Part shown: in pieces, positions 57,999 through 64,000 of the stretch
Position numbering within the stretch: position 1 is the stretch's first letter
How the letters are laid out: each line of letters opens with the position of its first letter
NCBI GenBank assembly: GCA_013359225.1
Contig: JABWCG010000001.1
Span: 276,441-340,440, forward strand
DNA length: 64,000 nucleotides
Reading direction: 5' to 3'
DNA from: Candidatus Buchananbacteria bacterium
GTDB taxonomy: Bacteria; Patescibacteriota; Patescibacteriia; Buchananbacterales; UBA6539
Notes under the pieces: model-generated
What the model saw: the letters and a program-made list of their open reading frames with translations, nothing else
The model's database searches: none
Told to the model about the DNA's origin: nothing
Translations under genes and position numbers: made by a program

Positions 57999-59819
57999 AT
58001 GCCTGAAGACAAAAATCAAAAAAAATCAGACGAAATGGTGCTGCTCGGCGAAACGAACTTTCGCAATCAACGAGTACGGTTTGGCATCAAAAAAGATGAC
58101 CGGCGGCGGCACATGTACATCATCGGAAAAACCGGTATGGGCAAGTCAACCGTTATGGAAAACATGATCATCCAGGATATCCAAAACGGCTCCGGCGTTG
58201 CCTTGGTTGATCCGCATGGTGACTTCGCCGAAAAAATTCTTGACTTTATTCCCAGCCACCGCATTAACGACGTGGTGTACCTTAATCCGGCTGATATCCA
58301 GCATCCGGTTGCTTTTAACGTCATGGAATCTGTCTCTGAAGAACACAAGCACTTGATCGCTTCAGGGCTTGTTGGCGTCTTCAAAAAACTGTGGGCCGAC
58401 TCCTGGGGACCTCGCTTGGAATACCTGCTTCGTAACGCCATTTTAGCACTCTTGGATTACCCCGGTAGCACGCTGCTTGGAGTAATGAGGATTTTGGTGG
58501 ACAAAAACTATCGCAAAAAAGTAATCACCAAGATCCAAGACCCGGTAGTCAAGGCCTTTTGGGTTGAGGAATTTTCAAAATATCCGCAGCAGTTCCAGGT
58601 TGAGGCTGTTGCCCCAATTCAAAACAAAGTCGGACAGTTTCTATCCACGGCAATGATCAGAAATATCGTCGGCCAGGTGAAATCTTCTTTTGATTTGCGC
58701 GAAATCATGGATAATCAAAAAATCCTGATTATGAACCTGTCCAAAGGCCGAATTGGCGAAGACTCATCAGCCTTACTCGGAGCCATGATGATTACCAAAA
58801 TTCAATTGGCCGCCATGAGCCGAATTGATATTAAAGAAAACGAACGAAAAGATTTTTATCTATACGTCGACGAATTTCAGAACTTTGCCACCGAATCATT
58901 CGCCAGTATTTTATCTGAGGCCCGGAAATACCGCCTCGACTTAATCATCGGACATCAATACATTGAACAGCTTGATGAAATGGTTCGGGCCGCCGTGTTT
59001 GGCAACGTAGGAACATTAATGTGTTTTCGCGTCGGTGCGGCTGATGCTGAAGCGCTGGCAACTGAATTTGCGCCATATTTTGTTGAAGAAGATCTGGTTA
59101 ATCTCACCAAGTATGACGTCTACTTAAAACTGATGATTGACGGTGTTGCTTCAACTCCGTTTTCGGCGACCACCTTGCCGCCGCTTGACACACACCTTCA
59201 CGCTCATAATCGCGAAAAAGTTATCAACGTCTCGCGTGAACGCTATGCCAAACCTCGCGAAGTGGTTGAAGACAAAATCAGCCGCTGGACCGGCGTAGAT
59301 GGAGGCGGAGAAGAGGAATCTGACGGCAACCAAAAAACAACTACTAGCACCCCCTCGCAAGATGAAAAAAACCACCGCCCAAACGACGGTAAAAAGAAAC
59401 GTGACGATGACCGAAAAGGCAAAAAATCAAAAGAAAAAGAAACTTACACGGTTAACTGTTACGAGTGCGGTAAACCAACCGAAATTACTTTTAAGCCAGA
59501 TGGTCTGCGCCCGGTTTACTGTCCAACTTGTTTTAAAGAAATTCGCGAACGGTTGATGAAGGGCGAGGAAAGCGTCGAGACTGCCGCTGAGGCGCTGCCT
59601 GAACCGCAGCCGGAAATTTCACTTTCCGAAGCGCTCACTAAACCGCCACAAGCGTTCGAAAAAAAACGTTCAGAGCAACCACCGGCGGCAACTCCGGCAA
59701 AACCAATGACCATTCACCAGCTGATCAAGAAAAAAATTGAAGAAAATGCCAATCCAAATACTAATCAGGAAATCAACGAACTGCAGCAAATCAAACCCGG
59801 TGAAGTGATAAAATTTTAG
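57999..59819 (+). CDS. HerA/FtsK-superfamily (DUF87/AAA_10, VirD4/TraD-like) P-loop ATPase with a C-terminal charged low-complexity region and a C4 zinc ribbon.
   Basis: RRRHMYIIGKTGMGKSTVMENM Walker A followed by VDPHGDFAE (HerA-like). Walker B FYLYVDEFQNF. C-terminal NCYECGKPTEITFKPDGLRPVYCPTCF ribbon. No TM. Confidence 0.65.
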   Translation: MPEDKNQKKSDEMVLLGETNFRNQRVRFGIKKDDRRRHMYIIGKTGMGKSTVMENMIIQDIQNGSGVALVDPHGDFAEKILDFIPSHRINDVVYLNPADIQHPVAFNVMESVSEEHKHLIASGLVGVFKKLWADSWGPRLEYLLRNAILALLDYPGSTLLGVMRILVDKNYRKKVITKIQDPVVKAFWVEEFSKYPQQFQVEAVAPIQNKVGQFLSTAMIRNIVGQVKSSFDLREIMDNQKILIMNLSKGRIGEDSSALLGAMMITKIQLAAMSRIDIKENERKDFYLYVDEFQNFATESFASILSEARKYRLDLIIGHQYIEQLDEMVRAAVFGNVGTLMCFRVGAADAEALATEFAPYFVEEDLVNLTKYDVYLKLMIDGVASTPFSATTLPPLDTHLHAHNREKVINVSRERYAKPREVVEDKISRWTGVDGGGEEESDGNQKTTTSTPSQDEKNHRPNDGKKKRDDDRKGKKSKEKETYTVNCYECGKPTEITFKPDGLRPVYCPTCFKEIRERLMKGEESVETAAEALPEPQPEISLSEALTKPPQAFEKKRSEQPPAATPAKPMTIHQLIKKKIEENANPNTNQEINELQQIKPGEVIKF

Positions 59820-59953
59820 TTAGTCCGACTGGTACTAAATTGACTTTTTTAGGCTCATCTACTAAGATGGAGCTACTGTAACATCTCAATTAAATTTTCG
59901 TCTTAATTGATGATGATTCTTGATTAAGAATAAGGCTTAATCTTTTTTATTTT

Positions 59954-61258
59954 ATGAAAGCAACAATTATTGGTACCGGTTATGTCGGATTAACCACCGG
60001 CGTTTGTTTGGCGGATTTTGGCCACGATATTATCTGTGTTGATAATAATTTGGAAAAAGTTGAAAAATTGAACCGCGGCGAATCGCCAATCTTTGAGCCG
60101 GGCCTAGAAGAATTAATCGTTAAAAATAAAACCGCCGGACGCCTGACATTTACTAGCGACATCAAACCGGCGATTTTAAATTCAGAAATAATTTTTATTT
60201 GCGTCAACACGCCGCCAAAAGCCGACGGCCAAGCCGACCTGAAATATGTTGAAGCCGTTGCCAGAGAAATTGCGCAAACCGTCAACGGTGACTACAAGGT
60301 TATTGTTGATAAAAGCACTGTCCCGGTTCGCACCGCCGAAAAAGTCAAAGAAATCATTGATCGCTACAGCAGTTCAAAAGCTAAATTTGATGTTGTCTCC
60401 AATCCTGAATTTTTACGTGAGGGTACTGCCGTTAAAGACACATTGGAACCAGATCGCTTGGTTATCGGCGTTGACAGCGAACCGGCAAAAACTAAAATGC
60501 TTGAACTCTATAAACCGCTGATCGATAAAACAAACTGCCCGGTCAAAATTGTTTCTGTTCGCAGTGCGGAATTGATTAAACACGGAGCTAACACTTTTTT
60601 GGCGGCAAAAATCTCTTTTGCCAATCTGATCGCTCAAACGTGCGAAGAAGCCGGCGCTGACGCCTTGGAAGTCCTTGAAGCAATTGGCCTTGATGAACGT
60701 ATCGGTCGGCAATTTCTCAAGCCAGGCATCGGTTTTGGGGGCAGCTGTTTTCCTAAAGACATCGCTGCCTACAAAAAAACTTTAGAAATTTTGGGTATTG
60801 ATCCGATTTTTGTGGAAGCAATCGAAAAAATTAATGATCACGCCTGGCAGCGTTTTATCCATAAAATTGAAAAGCAACTTTGGGTGTTAGACGGAAAAAC
60901 CATTGGCGTTCTAGGCCTGGCGTTTAAACCAGACACTGATGATATTCGTAATGCCCCCGCTTTAAAAATTATTCAAAAACTAAAACAAGACGGCGCCCAT
61001 ATCAAAGCTTACGATCCTGAAGCTCAGGAGAACACTAAAAAGGTGCTGACTGACATTGAATACTGCCAAAATCCTTATGATGTCGCCGCGCAAAGCGAAG
61101 CGTTGGTGATTTGTACTGAATGGGATGAATTTAAAAAGCTTGACTTAGAAAAAATTAAAAGTCTAATGACCACTCCGATTATCTTTGACGGCCGAAATAT
61201 CTTTGACCCAAAAACTGCTCAGTCGGCCGGCTTTCAATACTTTGGCATCGGCCGTTAA
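59954..61258 (+). CDS. ugd: UDP-glucose/GDP-mannose dehydrogenase family protein (UDP-glucose 6-dehydrogenase-like).
   Basis: N-terminal Rossmann IIGTGYVGLTTGVCLA, catalytic GFGGSCFPKD, C-terminal UDP-binding domain. Confidence 0.85.
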   Translation: MKATIIGTGYVGLTTGVCLADFGHDIICVDNNLEKVEKLNRGESPIFEPGLEELIVKNKTAGRLTFTSDIKPAILNSEIIFICVNTPPKADGQADLKYVEAVAREIAQTVNGDYKVIVDKSTVPVRTAEKVKEIIDRYSSSKAKFDVVSNPEFLREGTAVKDTLEPDRLVIGVDSEPAKTKMLELYKPLIDKTNCPVKIVSVRSAELIKHGANTFLAAKISFANLIAQTCEEAGADALEVLEAIGLDERIGRQFLKPGIGFGGSCFPKDIAAYKKTLEILGIDPIFVEAIEKINDHAWQRFIHKIEKQLWVLDGKTIGVLGLAFKPDTDDIRNAPALKIIQKLKQDGAHIKAYDPEAQENTKKVLTDIEYCQNPYDVAAQSEALVICTEWDEFKKLDLEKIKSLMTTPIIFDGRNIFDPKTAQSAGFQYFGIGR

Positions 61259-61273
61259 ATCCAATAACTAACA

Positions 61274-61300
61274 AAAACGGGACTTTGTCCCGTTTTTTTG
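61274..61300 (+). terminator. Rho-independent terminator after ugd.
   Basis: aaaaacgggactttgtcccgttttttt; immediately followed by extended -10 TGGTATAAT (61299-61307). Confidence 0.8.
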
Positions 61301-61316
61301 GTATAATTCATCTATT

Positions 61317-62450
61317 ATGAAGAATTTCATTCTTGCCGTATCAATGTTTTGTGGCACCGTCATTGGCGTCGGGATGTTTGGTCTGCCATACGTCGCAGCT
61401 AAAGTCGGCTTCATGCCGGTCCTGATTTACTTTGGCGTCATTGGCTTAGTTATGATGGTAATACAGCTAATGTATGGCGAAATTTGCCTACGAACTAGAG
61501 AAGAACACCGCCTACCCGGCTACGTGGAAATTTACCTAGGTAAAAAATATAAATTCTTGCCGATTCTCAGCAACTCAGTCGGTTTATACGGAGCAAACCT
61601 GGCCTACATCCTGGTTGGCGGCACTTTTTTGGCGAATCTGTTAATACCGATTTTTGGCGGGGGATTGTTTACCTATCACATGATCTTTTTTGCCGTGGGA
61701 GCGCTGCTTATTTATTCGGGCAGCGGTACCATTGCCAAATCGGAGTTCGTTAGCATGGCCGTATTCTTTTTGGTACTGCTGTTCTTGGCGGTCAAAAGTT
61801 TACCACAGATTGATATTTACAACCTATTAGAAAGCGACTTAAGTTTCAAAAACCTGATTCTGCCGTATGGAGTCATTCTTTTTTCACTGTCTGGTATGTC
61901 TGTTATTCCGGAAACCAGAGAAATCTTAAAAACCAAATTTGAGCGTTTAAAAAACGTCATCATTTTAGGCACCCTGATTCCAATCATAACGTACCTCATC
62001 TTTATTATCACTGTTTTGGGTGTGACGGGCGCCAACACCAGCACCGATGCGCTCAGCGGCCTAGTACCATTTTTTGATAAAAAATTCCTTGCCGCCGGGT
62101 TTATCTCTGGAATTATTGCCACCTTCACTTCGTATTTAACTATCGGCACCACTATTAAAAAAATCTTGTGGTATGATCTAAAATTATCGCACCTCATCTC
62201 TTCCGGACTTGCAATCTTTGTACCGCTGGCACTCTACTTACTGGGACTACAAAATTTCTTGACCATCGTCGCATTCACCGGCGCGGTGACTATGGGTATT
62301 GATGTGGTTTTAATTGCACTGGTCTACCTCAAGGCTCAGAAACTCGGCGATCGCAAACCGGAATATCAGGCGCTGGTTCCCAAAACTGCATTGTATTTTC
62401 TAATCGGCTTATTTCTGATTGGTGTCGTGCTGAATTTGTTTCCACTATAA
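61317..62450 (+). CDS. Amino-acid permease of the HAAAP/Trp-Tyr permease-like family (11 TM).
   Basis: N-terminus AVSMFCGTVIGVGMFGLPYVAAKVGF typical of aromatic/hydroxy amino-acid permeases; polytopic. Confidence 0.55.
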   Translation: MKNFILAVSMFCGTVIGVGMFGLPYVAAKVGFMPVLIYFGVIGLVMMVIQLMYGEICLRTREEHRLPGYVEIYLGKKYKFLPILSNSVGLYGANLAYILVGGTFLANLLIPIFGGGLFTYHMIFFAVGALLIYSGSGTIAKSEFVSMAVFFLVLLFLAVKSLPQIDIYNLLESDLSFKNLILPYGVILFSLSGMSVIPETREILKTKFERLKNVIILGTLIPIITYLIFIITVLGVTGANTSTDALSGLVPFFDKKFLAAGFISGIIATFTSYLTIGTTIKKILWYDLKLSHLISSGLAIFVPLALYLLGLQNFLTIVAFTGAVTMGIDVVLIALVYLKAQKLGDRKPEYQALVPKTALYFLIGLFLIGVVLNLFPL

Positions 62451-62468
62451 ACAGTTGGTTCAAAGTAA

Positions 62469-62496
62469 AAACCCCCGACGTCGGGGGTTTTTACTA
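62469..62496. terminator. Bidirectional terminator.
   Basis: aaaaacccccgacgtcgggggtttttac: palindromic GC stem flanked by A and T runs. Confidence 0.8.
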
Positions 62497-62518
62497 GAAA
62501 GAATTTCTTTCTTAGAGA

Positions 62519-62644
62519 TTACATTTCTTCAGCATCTTCATCTGAAGATTCATCATCGTCGCCATCCATGTCTTCGTCCATATCGCCATCCATTTCTTCA
62601 TCCATTTCTTCTTCTGGAGTGGTCATTGGTTCGTCGAAAATCAT
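62519..62644 (-). CDS. Small highly acidic peptide (41 aa, MIFDEPMTTPEEEMDEEMDGDMDEDMDGDDDESSDEDAEEM).
   Basis: SD GGAGaaaatccta immediately upstream of the ATG on the minus strand; terminates at the bidirectional terminator. Confidence 0.4.
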   Translation of the reverse strand: MIFDEPMTTPEEEMDEEMDGDMDEDMDGDDDESSDEDAEEM

Positions 62645-62840
62645 TAGGATTTTCTCCTTAAAAGTTTCCGGAGTCTTTGGCTCATACGAGCGTAAAAAAA
62701 AGATAACCAGAAACATTAATTATTAGTTATCAACTTCTTAAATAAGTCTATCAAAACAGGGGTATATTGTCAATAGTAATTGGGGATTATTTTAGGTATT
62801 GAAATTTGCTAAAATATAAGGTATAGTACAGTATCAATTT

Positions 62841-63947
62841 ATGAAACTAAACAAATCAAACGGCAAAAAAGTTTGTATTGCAATGTCCGGCGGCGTTGAT
62901 TCTTCGGTTGCCGCGGCGCTACTTAAAGAACAAGGCTATGAATGCGTTGGTGTTTTTTTGAAACTCTGGAGCGAAGCTGAAGAAAACACCAGAAAGCTTG
63001 GCATTGAAAATAAATGCTGTTCAGTTGATTCTTTCAACGACGCCCGACGCATCGCTCATCAACTCGGCTTTCCGATTTATACTATCAACGTTCGCGAATC
63101 ATTCAAGCAGATGGTTGTTGATCAATGGCTGGAAAGCTACCGCGAAGGAAAAACTCCCAACCCGTGTATTAATTGCAATCGCCTCATTAGATTTAACGTA
63201 ATGCTAAAACGCGCCGAACAGCTTGGATGCGATTATCTGGCAACCGGACATTACGTCAAACTGGAAACCGGCAAAGACGGCACCATTAAACTGATTGCCG
63301 GCGACGATAAAAATAAAGACCAATCATATTTCTTATACACCATGACCCAGGAACGATTAAAAAAATTAATGTTCCCGGTCGGTCATTTGACCAAACCGGT
63401 AGTACGCGAAATCGCCAAAAAATTCAACCTGGAAGTCCATAAAAAACCCGAGAGTCAGGAAATCTGTTTTATTTCTGAAAAAACTCACTACTCATTTTTA
63501 CAACGACACCTCAACCTTAAACCTGGTCCGATTAAAAATCTGGACGGCAAAGAGCTTGGTCGCCACGATGGCTTGCCGCTGTATACCCTTGGCCAGCGCC
63601 AGGGTATTAAAATCGGCGGACCAGGCGGACCATATTATGTTGTCAAACTGGACCATAAAACTAACACGCTTTACGTTTCCAACAATGCCAATGATCCGCT
63701 GATCATGACCACTAAATTCGCCATCAAAGATCCTACTTGGATCAGCGGCAAGCGCCCGGGCGCAAACGAAAACTATGGAATTAAAATTCGCCACCAGGCT
63801 TCAATCATCCCGGCAACTATTGATGAAAATAATATCGTTACGCTCAAAGAACCGGCCCGTGCCGTAATGACCGGACAGTCCGCAGTGTTCTACCAAGACA
63901 AACAAGTGCTGGGCGGCGGAGTTATTTCCAAAATTGACATTTCCTAA
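62841..63947 (+). CDS. mnmA: tRNA-specific 2-thiouridylase MnmA.
   Basis: PP-loop KVCIAMSGGVDSSVAA, catalytic Cys region NPCINCNR, ...QSYFL..., C-terminal domains; 368 aa. Confidence 0.9.
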   Translation: MKLNKSNGKKVCIAMSGGVDSSVAAALLKEQGYECVGVFLKLWSEAEENTRKLGIENKCCSVDSFNDARRIAHQLGFPIYTINVRESFKQMVVDQWLESYREGKTPNPCINCNRLIRFNVMLKRAEQLGCDYLATGHYVKLETGKDGTIKLIAGDDKNKDQSYFLYTMTQERLKKLMFPVGHLTKPVVREIAKKFNLEVHKKPESQEICFISEKTHYSFLQRHLNLKPGPIKNLDGKELGRHDGLPLYTLGQRQGIKIGGPGGPYYVVKLDHKTNTLYVSNNANDPLIMTTKFAIKDPTWISGKRPGANENYGIKIRHQASIIPATIDENNIVTLKEPARAVMTGQSAVFYQDKQVLGGGVISKIDIS

Positions 63948-63989
63948 ATTTTAGGCTTTAATACCTCCTAGGTAAGGAGGGTGTCGACA

Positions 63990-64000
63990 ATGAACAAAGT
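63990..64000 (+). CDS. Start of a CDS truncated by the window end.
   Basis: Strong SD AAGGAGGG 8 nt upstream of ATGAACAAAG; only 11 nt visible. Confidence 0.3.

Noticed and set aside
1-64000. CRISPR arrays or transposases.
   Set aside because: I scanned for regularly spaced direct repeats and for transposase-like ORFs; none were present. The only short repeats are the AGCCACCTTTTTA pair and terminator palindromes.

Overview
This 64 kb window is a gene-dense, mostly plus-strand stretch of a low-GC (roughly 40-43%) bacterial chromosome. The small-genome, envelope-heavy gene content suggests a Patescibacteria/CPR-like organism, though that is my inference only.

Housekeeping genes I recognise: murJ, lepA, recJ, rnhA-like RNase H, a rhodanese, tgt, rplU, recR, dnaB, ftsE/ftsX, yidC, rdgB, asd, secD/secF and mnmA.

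RNA genes: an RNase P RNA (minus strand) and tRNA-Lys(UUU), tRNA-Thr(CGU), tRNA-Gly(CCC) and tRNA-Gln(UUG).

Other content: a polysaccharide locus (priming sugar transferase plus three GT4 glycosyltransferases, followed by two large surface/membrane proteins, one with DUF11 repeats), a 5'-truncated giant Cys-rich surface protein, a P-type ATPase, and numerous clean rho-independent terminators. No CRISPR array and no transposase were seen.

Most interesting region (13.59-16.30 kb): an AT-rich two-gene island between lepA and recJ, bounded by terminators. It encodes a 48-aa protein overlapping a 795-aa Rad50/SMC-like ABC ATPase with a CxxC zinc hook in its coiled coil and a ~140-aa C-terminal tail, i.e. 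an RloC-like/defense-type ATPase.

Other oddities:
- a membrane protein + HerA/FtsK-superfamily ATPase with a C-terminal zinc ribbon pair, next to a sigma70-region4/HARE-HTH protein
- SecD carrying an embedded parvulin PPIase domain
- a membrane-anchored Clp-type ATPase with a degenerate first nucleotide-binding domain
- a tandem HisKA-HATPase double kinase
- compositionally foreign GC-rich asd
- a GC-rich orphan ORF next to recR
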